From an uncultured Candidatus Saccharibacteria bacterium (GTDB taxonomy: Bacteria; Patescibacteriota; Minisyncoccia; UBA6257; JACOXY01): a stretch of 64,000 nt of DNA. Below, in pieces: positions 27,620-37,582 of this stretch. The first letter of the stretch is position 1; each line of letters starts with the position of its first letter. A model generated the notes under the pieces. That model was not told where the DNA came from, did no database searches, and saw nothing but the letters and a program-made list of their open reading frames with translations. The stretch is from the NCBI GenBank assembly GCA_964357615.1, contig CAYHMC010000003.1:34678-98677 (forward strand). The letters are read 5' to 3'. Position numbers and translations under genes: made by a program.

Positions 27620-27716
27620 GATCTCCTCCTTGTTATCGAACTAGGCGCATTATAATCGATAGGAAACAAAATGTAAAATAAATGACCAGCCAATAAGGCC
27701 AGTCATTTATTATAAA

Positions 27717-28397
27717 CTATGTCGTTTGTGCTTCTTTTCCTCCAGAAACTCTCATAAAAACAACTACACCGAATATCATTGCAAACACTATGAGCACAAT
27801 GACTCCGGGTGGTGAATTAAGAGATGATTTAAGTGATGATAGCAATCCTTTATCTGCTGATGTTTCATTTGTGATTTTTTCGCTAGCTACCATTTCTTCT
27901 TTTACAACATTTTTTTCTGGAACCATTGCAGATCCTTTTTTTTCTAAATTGCTAAATGGACTTACTTCACTCACATTTTTCTTAATTACAATTGGAGCTG
28001 AATTTAATTCCACAAGATTGCGCACAGGAGTTTGATTTGCAGATGCAAGAGTGCCATTTAATGCCACGAGGTTTACACTCATTGAACTTAGCGTAGCATT
28101 CATTTCTCGAGCAATTAACGCTCTTTCATTACTTTCCTTAGGAAGCTTCGCAACATACGCATCCAGCGCAACAATCACCCCCTGTAAACCATCAAGCGCA
28201 GCTTTGAGCGCAACTAAATCTTCTTTAGAGAAAGTTACGACTGCAATTTTTGTAGCTTCGCTAGTTACTGTGGCAGTAACTGCATTCGTTGCTGTCATAA
28301 CACCTTCTTCAGCAAATACTGGCGATGCAATCGCTACGACCATCAAGCTAAGCAGGAAAAGCACACCGAGCATGTTTCTTTGATAAACATTTGTCAT
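27717..28397 (-). CDS. Hypothetical surface protein (signal peptide, Ala/Thr-rich, C-terminal TM anchor)
   Basis: N-terminal and C-terminal hydrophobic segments, with a low-complexity middle. Confidence 0.45.
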   Translation of the reverse strand: MTNVYQRNMLGVLFLLSLMVVAIASPVFAEEGVMTATNAVTATVTSEATKIAVVTFSKEDLVALKAALDGLQGVIVALDAYVAKLPKESNERALIAREMNATLSSMSVNLVALNGTLASANQTPVRNLVELNSAPIVIKKNVSEVSPFSNLEKKGSAMVPEKNVVKEEMVASEKITNETSADKGLLSSLKSSLNSPPGVIVLIVFAMIFGVVVFMRVSGGKEAQTT

Positions 28398-28676
28398 ACT
28401 CGATTATCCATATTTAATTTTAATACTCGACTTAACTCACTTTTAACTTTTCAAAGAAATAATTCTTTGAATAATTACTTGGTTTTTTACTTTTCAAATT
28501 TAAGATAGGGGCCTCACTCCACTAACAAAAATAATAAAAAGTCTTACCAATTTCTACTATACTTGAAATTAAAACCTCTGCAACCATTGACAAAGATTCA
28601 TAATAATTTTGAATTAAACTAGTATTATATTTTATTATTGATATACTAGAAGCAGAACATTTGAGGAGAAAAGGCT

Positions 28677-28886
28677 ATGGTTATAGACTGCATGCGAGGA
28701 CATAAAACTAGGACAGTTCGATGTACTGAATGCAAAGAAGAATTTAGTCAAAGTGGATTTGGTGAGGATGGGTGTTTTTCTCAAACTTTTTGGACCCCAA
28801 ATGAGTGTCCTAATTGCGGAGCATTTAAAAAATTCGAAGTTCCTTATATGTTCCCGATATTTCCATCAGATCTTGAAAAAACCTAA
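28677..28886 (+). CDS. Small zinc-ribbon protein (69 aa)
   Basis: SD GAGGAG upstream. Cys pairs DCMRGH…RCTEC…CPNC. Confidence 0.4.
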   Translation: MVIDCMRGHKTRTVRCTECKEEFSQSGFGEDGCFSQTFWTPNECPNCGAFKKFEVPYMFPIFPSDLEKT

Positions 28887-28948
28887 GTTTCCGGCGATTA
28901 GCCGGATTTTTTATATGAAAAGGATAGAGTCTTAACAAATGAGGAGCT

Positions 28949-29105
28949 GGGCTTCTTGCGAAATACTTCCGAAGCGAAACTTCCAGATTTTCTGCGAAGC
29001 GAAGTAAAAATTTTGAAGTTGTATATAGAATATACTTCAAGAAATTTTTACAAAGTTGGAGCTAAAATATGGAAGTTGGAGTAGAATGTATTTTGCAAGA
29101 AGCCC
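28949..29105. repeat. 157-nt repeat element, copy 2 (closing helix gggcttcttgcgaaatac…gtattttgcaagaagccc)
   Basis: Core about 85% identical to copy 1. The terminal helix sequence differs from copy 1 but stays complementary. Confidence 0.7.
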
Positions 29106-29127
29106 AGGATTTGGTATTATAATCGCT

Positions 29128-29499
29128 ATGGTAACGCTAGATGACTTTAAAAAAATTGAACTACGGATAGCTAAAATAGTGAGCGCAGAACTCGTTGCTG
29201 GTTCAGAAAAATTACTTAAACTCAAAGTTACGCTTGGAACTCAAAAATCCATATCTGACACCAGCGAAACGCCGCTTGAAAAAGTCGAAGAAGTTAGACA
29301 AATACTTGCTGGCATAGCAAAATCATATACTCCCGAAGATCTTGTGGGACGTGAAATTGTGATTATTGCCAACTTAGAACCAAGGAAGTTGATGGGTGAA
29401 GAAAGCCAAGGAATGCTTCTTGCAGCTACTAATGAAGACGGTCTACCAATCATGCTAGCGCCAGAAAAACCAGTTCCACCTGGCACTCTTATTAGATAA
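29128..29499 (+). CDS. tRNA-binding protein (CsaA/Myf-like)
   Basis: DFKKIELRIAKIVSAE…LLKLKV.LG…VGREIVIIANLEPRKLMGEESQGMLLAA matches the MetRS C-terminal/CsaA tRNA_bind domain. The track's TTG start at 29056 lies inside the repeat element; ATG 29128 is preferred. Confidence 0.75.
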   Translation: MVTLDDFKKIELRIAKIVSAELVAGSEKLLKLKVTLGTQKSISDTSETPLEKVEEVRQILAGIAKSYTPEDLVGREIVIIANLEPRKLMGEESQGMLLAATNEDGLPIMLAPEKPVPPGTLIR

Positions 29500-29506
29500 A
29501 TCTAAC

Positions 29507-30013
29507 TTGCTATTTACCACTCATACAATAGTAGGAGCTGCCGTAGGCGTTGCTACCAAAAATCCAGTCCTTGGCTTTGTAGCCAGTTTTTTTATACATC
29601 ACGCCCTAGACTCATTACCGCACTTCGACCAAGGAAGTTTTCATATAAAAACATCTGGTCCGCGCTATTTAGGAAACAATGAAATTGTCGATAAATTTAG
29701 CTTTACAAAAAAGGATTGGGTTATGCTTGTTGCCGATTTTGCAATTGGTGGAACAACGATACTTTTCTTACTATATTCTTTCCCCTTGCTTTGGAGTTCG
29801 TTGCTCATTGGAATTATTGGTGGTTTAATGCCCGATATTATTGATTCCTCTCCCTTGTGGTCTAAGCGACTTCGAGCTAAATATAAAATTAACTTTCACT
29901 ACCATAGATTTCATATATTTTTCCATTGGACCGCCACAAAAAATGAACTAATTTTGGGCTCCGCTACTCAAATTAGCGTAATTACACTATCATTATTATA
30001 TCTTTATTTATAA
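29507..30013 (+). CDS. Membrane protein, possible YdjM/DUF457-like metal-dependent hydrolase
   Basis: N-terminal THTIVGAAVG…HHALDSLPH and 3-4 TM helices. Low confidence. Confidence 0.35.
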   Translation: MLFTTHTIVGAAVGVATKNPVLGFVASFFIHHALDSLPHFDQGSFHIKTSGPRYLGNNEIVDKFSFTKKDWVMLVADFAIGGTTILFLLYSFPLLWSSLLIGIIGGLMPDIIDSSPLWSKRLRAKYKINFHYHRFHIFFHWTATKNELILGSATQISVITLSLLYLYL

Positions 30014-30068
30014 GATATTTTGCTGTCCAATACTTGATTATTCTTTAAATTAGGATATACTAACTACC

Positions 30069-30569
30069 ATCATACGAGCTAAAATAAACAACCAAATAAC
30101 AGCAGTCGAGCTTAGAGTAATAAGTCCAGAAGGTGACAATCTTGGGGTGCTCACTAAAGAAGAAGCTCTAAAAAGAGCCTTGGAGGCAAATTTAGACTTA
30201 ATTGAAATTGCACCAACTGCTAAGCCACCGGTAGCTCGCATTATGAGCTTTGATAAGTTCCGTTATCAAAAAGAAAGAGAGGAAAGAAAACAACGATTGG
30301 CCCAAAAAACAGAGGAATTAAAACAAGTTAGAATAAGTCCAAAAGCAGCAAAACATGATCAAGAAGTAATGGCTAAAAAAGTAAACGGATTTCTTGATAA
30401 GGGATCTAGGGTAGAAATTATGATGAGACTTCGTGGCAGAGAAAAAGCAAATAGAGATTGGGCAAGATTAAAACTTGAAGAGTTTCTAAAATTGCTTTCA
30501 CCAGAATTCAAATTAATTTCTCCACCAAGATATACTGGCAATGGATTTACAGTTCAAGTAACAAAATAA
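30069..30569 (+). CDS. infC: Translation initiation factor IF-3 with non-AUG start (ATC/ATA candidates 30069-30096)
   Basis: The frame is open from 30054. The N-terminal domain I.NNQITAVELRVISPEGDNLGVLTKEEALKRA aligns to the IF3 N-terminus upstream of the track's GTG 30147. IF3 genes classically use AUU/AUA starts. Confidence 0.8.
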   Translation: MIRAKINNQITAVELRVISPEGDNLGVLTKEEALKRALEANLDLIEIAPTAKPPVARIMSFDKFRYQKEREERKQRLAQKTEELKQVRISPKAAKHDQEVMAKKVNGFLDKGSRVEIMMRLRGREKANRDWARLKLEEFLKLLSPEFKLISPPRYTGNGFTVQVTK

Positions 30570-30570
30570 T

Positions 30571-30732
30571 ATGAAATCGAGTATCAAAAAAAGATTTAAA
30601 ATAACTAAAAATGGAAAAGCTATGCATAGACTTGGTGGTTTTAATCATTTTAGAGCAAAAAAATCTAGTCAAACAAAACAGAGGGGTCGTAAAAAAACTA
30701 GCTTGAAAAGACTAGTTGATATGAATTCATAA
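30571..30732 (+). CDS. rpmI: 50S ribosomal protein L35
   Basis: MKSSIKKRFKITKNGKAMHRLGGFNHFRAKKS… lies between infC and rplT, as in the canonical operon. Not in the ORF track (<60 aa). Confidence 0.8.
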   Translation: MKSSIKKRFKITKNGKAMHRLGGFNHFRAKKSSQTKQRGRKKTSLKRLVDMNS

Positions 30733-30744
30733 AAAAATCTAACC

Positions 30745-31089
30745 ATGACAAGAGTTAAAAGAGGCAAAATCGCCACAAAAAAACGAAGGAAAATATTAAA
30801 ATATACAAAAGGATTTCGCTGGAGCAGAAAATCCAAGGAGCGAGCCGCTAAAGAAGCGTTACTTCACGCATGGACTCATGCATTTATGGGAAGGAAGAAA
30901 AAGAAACGTGATTTTCGTTCTTTATGGCAAGTTAAAATTAATGCAGAGGTCCGCAAAAACGGCTTAAGCTATAGCAAATTTATAAATAAGTTAAAAAATT
31001 CAAAAATAGAATTAGATAGAAAAGTCCTTGCAGAAATAGCCGAGAAACATCCAAAAGTATTCAAAAAAATAGTTGAGAAAATAAAATAA
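30745..31089 (+). CDS. rplT: 50S ribosomal protein L20
   Basis: MTRVKRGKIATKKRRKILKYTKGFRWSRK… is typical L20. Confidence 0.9.
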   Translation: MTRVKRGKIATKKRRKILKYTKGFRWSRKSKERAAKEALLHAWTHAFMGRKKKKRDFRSLWQVKINAEVRKNGLSYSKFINKLKNSKIELDRKVLAEIAEKHPKVFKKIVEKIK

Positions 31090-31117
31090 CCCGCCTCTTC
31101 GGCGGATTATTTTTTAT
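31090..31117 (+). terminator. Intrinsic terminator of the infC-rpmI-rplT operon
   Basis: Stem CCGCC tcttc GGCGG followed by ATTATTTTTT. Confidence 0.6.
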
Positions 31118-31758
31118 CTATGTCTGTCGATTATAAACTGGTGCGCTCGCTCAAGAACTTTTTGATTTTCTTTATATCTACCGACAATTTGTTTTGCTTC
31201 GCGGTAAAGAAACCAAGCATATCCTTGATGTTCATGCGATATTTTGATGCGAGGCTCTCTTGTTTCAGCTAAATAAATAATTACAACTTTAAATATCGTG
31301 TCCTTTCCTTTTTTAAAATAAAATCTTTCGTACTCTTTAAAACCAGGAATAATTCTAATATCGCTTCTCTTTAAACCAGTTTCTTCAGCCGTTTCTCTAA
31401 TTGCTGCATCCAAACTCCTCTCTTCCAGCTCGACGTGACCTTTTGGAAAATTCCAATACTGACCCCTGTGATATAAAAGCAAAAATTTTAATCCCTCGAT
31501 TGTTTTCCTATATACTACGATGCCAGCGGTAATTTCTTTTTTGGAATTGTCATTTTCTCCTTGCTCATTTTCTCTATGCTGACGCTGTACCCCACCTTCT
31601 TTATTTATATCTAAGGCAGGATTAACTCTATAGCTTTGAGGTTTGGGAGATAAACCTCCTCTCATAAATGGTTTATGTGGGCCAGAGTTCATTTTGTGAC
31701 GAGCGGCTTCATTATGTATACGATTCTGACCTATTCTTTGATTGGGACGAGTTGTCAT
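31114..31758 (-). CDS. Nudix hydrolase with ~75 aa basic low-complexity N-terminal extension
   Basis: Nudix box GHVELEERSLDAAIRETAEETGL. Confidence 0.7.
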   Translation of the reverse strand: MTTRPNQRIGQNRIHNEAARHKMNSGPHKPFMRGGLSPKPQSYRVNPALDINKEGGVQRQHRENEQGENDNSKKEITAGIVVYRKTIEGLKFLLLYHRGQYWNFPKGHVELEERSLDAAIRETAEETGLKRSDIRIIPGFKEYERFYFKKGKDTIFKVVIIYLAETREPRIKISHEHQGYAWFLYREAKQIVGRYKENQKVLERAHQFIIDRHR

Positions 31759-31895
31759 ATTTCTTCAGTATAATTTAAAATCAGACTTATTTCAACTTAA
31801 CGAGAAATATTTTGAGCAAATACTTAGTTTATTATTTTTTCAGTTCTTCTAAATTCAGTGAATTACTTCATTTAGTTTCAGTAATCCAAAGTGAA

Positions 31896-34415
31896 TTAAT
31901 TTTCTGTTTTACTAAAAATAAATTTATCACCAAGAACTTGAACTTCAACATTATCAGCTTTGGAAATTTTGCCCAATAAAAGCTGATTCGCTAATTCTCC
32001 GCGCAATTTCTCCTCAATGGCTCTACGAAGTGGTCTCGCTCCAAATGTTTTTGTAAACCCAATTTTAGTAATAGCTTCAATAGATTCTGGTGAGAATGTT
32101 AGTGTAATCTCCTGAGCTTCTAAAATATCATCTGCTAATTCCTTAAGCTGTAAAATTGCAACTTTTTTCATATCTGCCATACCAAGCGGTTCAAAAATTA
32201 TTATATCTGAAAATCTATTTATAAGTTCTGGTTTAAAATAATCAACGAGGTGTTTTTTTACTTCATCTTTAATGTCTTCAGATTTTTTGCCAGTCTCTAA
32301 TGCTTCTATAATAAATTGCGAATGAGCATTTGAAGTAGCTACGATTATCGTGTTTTCAAAATTAGCTATTCGTCCAAGTCCGTCGGTCAAGCGACCCTCG
32401 TCTAAAACTTGTAAAAAAAGATTTAGTATGTCTTTTTCAGCTTTTTCGAATTCATCAAGCAAAACAAGAGCATATGGCTTCGACCGAATTGCATCAGTTA
32501 AAGATCCTGTTATGGCTCCATCAGAAGACCCAATAAATCTCGTTAAACTTCCTTTTTCTTGAAATTCTGACATATCAAAGCGGACCATCATGTCTTTTGA
32601 ACCAAATTGCAGTTCAGCAAGAATTTTAGAAAGTTCAGTTTTGCCAACTCCAGTTGGGCCGACAAACAAGAAAGATGCTATTGGCCCTCCTTTTCTAGTT
32701 AGTCCACTTCTATACTCTCTAAGCACCCTAGAAACAGAAGACACCGCTTCTTCTTGATTGATGTAATTTTTGTGAATCCTTTCTTCTAAATGCAGAAGCT
32801 CTTTGCTTTCTTCACCACCAACTTTGTGGATAGGAATATTAACGCGCCTCTCGGCTATTTTAATTATTATATCAGCGGTAACAGCTTTTTCACGCAATCT
32901 TGCTGCCTCCGCTATTGATTCTCTAAGCAAATCTTCTGCGCTTCCAGGCAGTGGTCTATCTCTAAAATATTTATGAGCCAAAGTAACAGCTTCTTTTATG
33001 GCACCCAAGGTTACAATTACTCCATATTGTTTTTCAAGCGACAAAGCTGCAAAAGTAAGATAGTTAAGCGCATCTTCTTCAATTATTTCAGCAACAGTTA
33101 TTACATCGAAAATTGATTTGAAATCTCCTCGATTTTCAATATATTTTTTATAAGCTTGAGGAGTTGTAGTTCCTATAACCGGAAATAATCCTTCGCGTAA
33201 TACTGGCAATAAAGTATCTACGACATTTAAAAGTCCCCCCTCTGATGTTCTAGCAAGCATATCCATTTGTGGAATATAGAGAATTATATTGCCGGCCGTA
33301 ATAATTTCTTCAACTAATTTTTGCATTCGTCCTTGTGCCGCATGAGGATCAAGACCAGCGATAGCACTTTCAATTCGAAGCTCTACCAAACGCTTATCAA
33401 AGAGAATTGGTGGAACCTTATCTTTTGTTATGTTAAACGCCAAATGGCGTATAAGAGAGTCTTTTCCGTTGCCAGTATCTCCCACAAGCAATGCGGCTGG
33501 ATTGCCAGGCCTCGAAAGCACATCAAGCAAACGACCATACTCATCCTTGTGACCAATTAAAAATCCCAAAGCGCCAGCATATGCGAGATCAGTTAAATCG
33601 TCTCCATGGTCACCAAGTAGGGGCGTAGGACGAGCAGTCCACGCCCTATTCATTGTTCGATGCCTAACTCGCCTTGCATAAACTCCCCCCAGCTCCCTCG
33701 GTCTTACTAATCGAGACAGCACATTAGTTCGTGCGTGACTGAAAATTAATGCCGTACGAAGATAGGCAGGTTCTAACGAAAAAAGTGATAATAATTTTTT
33801 TATGCTAGCGTCATCGACATCAAAAAGGCCAGCCACTAAAGCATGCGCTTCGATATAGTGCTCATTGCTTAGCCGACTCTCGCTATAAGCACCGAAAACA
33901 ATTTTTTCGATTAACTGCAAAATTGCATCTTTGTTATAATCTGAATTTTTAGAGAATAGGCGCTCTGCCTCACCTAAAAACTCAGAATAATTTATTTCCA
34001 TGCGAATAAACACATCTTGAATTTCTTTTAGTGCAAATAACTTTTTTAAAAGCACAAACTTAAAATCATCACCGCTTATAGTAGCGCGATCAAATGCGGA
34101 TTCCAAAATAGCAAAAGCTTTTGGAGAAAGCGAATCTGTTAGATTGTACCTTGTCCCAGCAGGAATGTAGTCTAAAGAGCGATTACCTTTTGTAAAGTGA
34201 AAAAGCTGATGCAAAAGCATTAATAAGAACAACACACCAAGCCAAAAAACATGTGCATTAGAAGAAAGTAAAAGAGCGAAAGCAAGCATCGCAAATACAA
34301 TAAATCCACCAAATCTGAAAAACCTAACAAACATCCTTCCGGGAGCAGTCATATAAAGCCTTGGGTCATCAAAATAAAAAATTGTCTCCTCTTTGTTTTG
34401 CATTTTATTAAACAA
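31896..34415 (-). CDS. ClpA/B/C-family AAA+ protein, N-terminal two-TM anchor, degenerate D1 and intact D2
   Basis: D2 has Walker A VGPTGVGKTELS and Walker B LVLLDEFEKA. D1 has GDTGNGKDS and ILYIPQMD in place of hhhhDE. Hydrophobic helices at aa 35-75, then Clp_N-like repeats. Confidence 0.7.
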   Translation of the reverse strand: MFNKMQNKEETIFYFDDPRLYMTAPGRMFVRFFRFGGFIVFAMLAFALLLSSNAHVFWLGVLFLLMLLHQLFHFTKGNRSLDYIPAGTRYNLTDSLSPKAFAILESAFDRATISGDDFKFVLLKKLFALKEIQDVFIRMEINYSEFLGEAERLFSKNSDYNKDAILQLIEKIVFGAYSESRLSNEHYIEAHALVAGLFDVDDASIKKLLSLFSLEPAYLRTALIFSHARTNVLSRLVRPRELGGVYARRVRHRTMNRAWTARPTPLLGDHGDDLTDLAYAGALGFLIGHKDEYGRLLDVLSRPGNPAALLVGDTGNGKDSLIRHLAFNITKDKVPPILFDKRLVELRIESAIAGLDPHAAQGRMQKLVEEIITAGNIILYIPQMDMLARTSEGGLLNVVDTLLPVLREGLFPVIGTTTPQAYKKYIENRGDFKSIFDVITVAEIIEEDALNYLTFAALSLEKQYGVIVTLGAIKEAVTLAHKYFRDRPLPGSAEDLLRESIAEAARLREKAVTADIIIKIAERRVNIPIHKVGGEESKELLHLEERIHKNYINQEEAVSSVSRVLREYRSGLTRKGGPIASFLFVGPTGVGKTELSKILAELQFGSKDMMVRFDMSEFQEKGSLTRFIGSSDGAITGSLTDAIRSKPYALVLLDEFEKAEKDILNLFLQVLDEGRLTDGLGRIANFENTIIVATSNAHSQFIIEALETGKKSEDIKDEVKKHLVDYFKPELINRFSDIIIFEPLGMADMKKVAILQLKELADDILEAQEITLTFSPESIEAITKIGFTKTFGARPLRRAIEEKLRGELANQLLLGKISKADNVEVQVLGDKFIFSKTEN

Positions 34416-34752
34416 ATACCTTATATACTATAAATACGGGAACAAGGGCCCACAAGATACAAAAAGCCACGGCAATCACAATAACCACAATATAAAATAA
34501 GCCACCGAAAAGTAGTCTAAATGACCTAAAAAAGAATCCGAGTATGTAACCAACTATACTTCTGTCTTGAAAAAGTGGTTTCCCAAAATATCGAAGAGTA
34601 ATTCTAAATGCAATAATTCTATCAAGTTCGACTAAAAAATCTATTAGGTGCCCACTAAACATTCGATATCCTCCCACATACCAATGCGTAAAAAACTCTA
34701 ATATTTCATTTAGAGTTTGTTTAAATATGTATATTAAAGCAAATTCAGTCAC
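34408..34752 (-). CDS. Small membrane protein (114 aa)
   Basis: Two TM helices; overlaps the clp start by 8 nt. Confidence 0.35.
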   Translation of the reverse strand: MTEFALIYIFKQTLNEILEFFTHWYVGGYRMFSGHLIDFLVELDRIIAFRITLRYFGKPLFQDRSIVGYILGFFFRSFRLLFGGLFYIVVIVIAVAFCILWALVPVFIVYKVFV

Positions 34753-34808
34753 AATTTAATTATAAACCAATGTGCGATTATAAGCTAAGGCGTTTATCAA
34801 TGTAAAAC

Positions 34809-35438
34809 CTAATCAATCTTTTTGTTGTAGTTATTATTTAAGAGTTTTTTTAATATTTTAAAATCTCTTTTCATTATTTTAATGGTATTGGAATTATATG
34901 CTCCGACTGCTGGATGATATAAAGCAATAATTTTTATCTCACCATACGAAGCGGGTGCCTCAAACACCTTTCCGTGTATTTTACCAATTGTTTGCAATTT
35001 ATCTTTTAATCCAAATTTTTCCAATATGAACGCCATGGGGATTCTGCCGAGGGTAGCGATAATTCTTGGCTTAATTATATCGATTTGCTTAATTAAAAAT
35101 GGAGAATAAATTGCAATTTCTGATGGTAATGGATCGCGGTTTTTGGGCGGTCTGTCTTTGATAATATTTGTAATATAAACTGAACTTCTATTGATACCAA
35201 TTGACGCGATTAGTTTATCCAAAATTTTTCCAGAAGCCCCACAAAATGGCCTGCCTTGCTTCGCCTCATTTGCACCAGGAGCCTCGCCAACAAACATCAG
35301 ACTAGCTTTATGGCTGCCTTCTCCTAAAACAGGGAAGTAATTATTACTTATTCTGTATTTATACAGAGGTGACCTCTTTAGTCCGATTACTTTCTTTTTA
35401 ATTAAATCAAGACTTGCGATTCTATTTTCTTCATTCAT
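34809..35438 (-). CDS. Uracil-DNA glycosylase, family 4
   Basis: LMFVGEAPGANEAKQGRPFCGASGKILD matches the family-4 UDG motif GEAPG…G.PF.G.AG. Confidence 0.8.
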   Translation of the reverse strand: MNEENRIASLDLIKKKVIGLKRSPLYKYRISNNYFPVLGEGSHKASLMFVGEAPGANEAKQGRPFCGASGKILDKLIASIGINRSSVYITNIIKDRPPKNRDPLPSEIAIYSPFLIKQIDIIKPRIIATLGRIPMAFILEKFGLKDKLQTIGKIHGKVFEAPASYGEIKIIALYHPAVGAYNSNTIKIMKRDFKILKKLLNNNYNKKID

Positions 35439-35448
35439 TGTTTGAGTA

Positions 35449-37161
35449 TTACAAACTATTACTCATCAAAGCAAGATCGTGTTTTTTGAGCTTATCCAAA
35501 TGTTCGAATCCATCGTCTTTCTTTATAGACTGCGCAATCTGAAGACCTCCTATAAAGTGGGGTAAAATTACATAATGGGCTCCCATCTTATAAAGATCTT
35601 TTGCTTCCCATTCATTCTCTGCGGTTAAAATTGAAATGGCTTTTGGATTCTCATTTCTAATATAGTCGAGTAGGTGCATATTATCGTTAAAATCTGGGAT
35701 TGTAGATATTACAACTCTAGCCAGGTGCAATACTGCAATTTCTTTGATTTCATCTTCTTCAATATCACCATATATAATTGGTTCACCGCGTTTTTTATAT
35801 TTTTCAATTACCAGCGGATCAAAGTCAACTAACACATAGGGTTCTTCTATTGATTTAAGCGCATTCAATATATTTGCACCCATTCTATGAACGCCCAAAA
35901 GAACTATGTGATTTGCATATGGCACAGGTGTAGAACTTGATAACTTTTCCAATTTCCCGCCTTTAAATTCCAGCCACTTAAGACTTGGTCGCAAATAAGC
36001 ATACAAGGAATCTCCGTGAAGAATAAGGTATGAGGAAATGGTAATTGTTATCACGCCGACAAGAGTTACAAGCGACACATCAGTATCTGAAAGATGTCCG
36101 AGCCCCTTACCCATAGAAGCAATAATTAAACTAAATTCTGAAATCTGAGCAACGGTTAAGCTGGCCAAAAAAGCCGTCCGCAAACGATATCCCAAAAAAG
36201 ACATAATTAAAATCACTATAAGTGGGTTGCCAACTAGAACAAACAAAGAAAGAATTAATGTTTCAAAAATTATGGCGCTGATATTTTCAAAAACTAACTG
36301 TGAACCCAAAAGAACAAAAAACAACATGATAAAAAAATCGCGCATCGGCCTAATGCGACTCGCAAGCTGTGCATGTTGTACAGAACTTGCAAGTGATATA
36401 CCAGCAAGAAATCCACCAATTTCGTAAGAAAACCCAATGAATGGCGAGGCCATAAGCGCGGCAAGCCCCAATCCCCAAGCGTTTCCAAAGGCGAATAAAA
36501 GCTCCTGTGATTTACCTAAGAAATCGAGCACTCTTGGAAAAACATATTTAGAAAGAATGAGTGATACTAAAATAAGCGCGCCACCCTTAACAAGGGACAT
36601 TGTAAAAATACCAACCGTATATGTTATTGAAGCACTTTCTTCAATGCGTGATAATCCCGAAAGAAATATAAGCGCAAGTAAAGCAATAAAATCTTGAACC
36701 AATAAAAATCCCACGACTATCTTTCCGTACAAACTTCCTAAATCTTTTTTTTGTGATAATAACTGGATAATTATAATAGTTGATGAAAGCGTAAGTGCTA
36801 TTGAAATATAAATTGCTGGAATGATACCAACGCTAAGAGCTTTTAAAATAATTACGCCAATAACAAAAGTACAAACAACTTGACCTAAGGCAGTCCAAAG
36901 TGCAGGCTTTCCGATTTCTCTTAAGCTACTCCAATTCATCTCAAGCCCTACTAAAAAAAGCAGGAATGCAATTCCAAGGTGCGAAAATACATTCATGTAT
37001 TCATGAAAATTTTCAGAAACTAACCCAGCTTTAATTAAAGTTGCCAAAAAAATACCAGCAAAAAGATAACCAACTAATGTTGGTTGCTTTAAGTAATGAG
37101 CAACAAATCCAAAAACAGCCGCCAATACAATTATTAATGCTAATTCAGAAAAAGGATCCAT
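35449..37161 (-). CDS. CPA2 cation:proton antiporter with C-terminal TrkA-N (KefB/C-like)
   Basis: About 12 TM helices, then a Rossmann region HIVLLGVHRMGANI (GxGxxG) in the cytoplasmic domain. Confidence 0.8.
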   Translation of the reverse strand: MDPFSELALIIVLAAVFGFVAHYLKQPTLVGYLFAGIFLATLIKAGLVSENFHEYMNVFSHLGIAFLLFLVGLEMNWSSLREIGKPALWTALGQVVCTFVIGVIILKALSVGIIPAIYISIALTLSSTIIIIQLLSQKKDLGSLYGKIVVGFLLVQDFIALLALIFLSGLSRIEESASITYTVGIFTMSLVKGGALILVSLILSKYVFPRVLDFLGKSQELLFAFGNAWGLGLAALMASPFIGFSYEIGGFLAGISLASSVQHAQLASRIRPMRDFFIMLFFVLLGSQLVFENISAIIFETLILSLFVLVGNPLIVILIMSFLGYRLRTAFLASLTVAQISEFSLIIASMGKGLGHLSDTDVSLVTLVGVITITISSYLILHGDSLYAYLRPSLKWLEFKGGKLEKLSSSTPVPYANHIVLLGVHRMGANILNALKSIEEPYVLVDFDPLVIEKYKKRGEPIIYGDIEEDEIKEIAVLHLARVVISTIPDFNDNMHLLDYIRNENPKAISILTAENEWEAKDLYKMGAHYVILPHFIGGLQIAQSIKKDDGFEHLDKLKKHDLALMSNSL

Positions 37162-37191
37162 TTAGTTAAGTATAACAAGTAAATCAATACA

Positions 37192-37536
37192 CTAAAAGAA
37201 GAGTCGCCACATGATTATTATTTTTTTTGACAAAACATGGGCTAGTTTTTGCAAGAGATAAACAAACAAGAAAATGGTTAGCGCATTTAATATAATACCC
37301 AAAGAACCTAAATAAAAATTCGAATCGTAATCTATCCAATTTAACAAAGACGATATTATGTATGACCATGGATATGTGATAAAACCTAAAAACAGTCCTT
37401 CGTGAAAAGCACAAAAGAACTCCCCCTGGCACCCACTTCGCACGACATAGTAATGAATAAAAACTTTAATTGCGAAAATTACATAAATCAGAGAAAGAAC
37501 TAAACTGGGCACATATTTTGAGTATTTCATATACAA
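37192..37536 (-). CDS. Small membrane protein (114 aa)
   Basis: Hydrophobic ORF co-oriented with its neighbours. Confidence 0.3.
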   Translation of the reverse strand: MYMKYSKYVPSLVLSLIYVIFAIKVFIHYYVVRSGCQGEFFCAFHEGLFLGFITYPWSYIISSLLNWIDYDSNFYLGSLGIILNALTIFLFVYLLQKLAHVLSKKIIIMWRLFF

Positions 37537-37582
37537 ATCTTAAAAAAGAATCGAGTAAAAAATTATATTAATTTTGACTAAT

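Noticed and set aside
29056-29127. TTG-initiated 24-aa N-terminal extension of the CsaA-like protein
   Set aside because: The extension is encoded by the conserved core of the 157-nt repeat element; ATG 29128 gives a canonical CsaA N-terminus.
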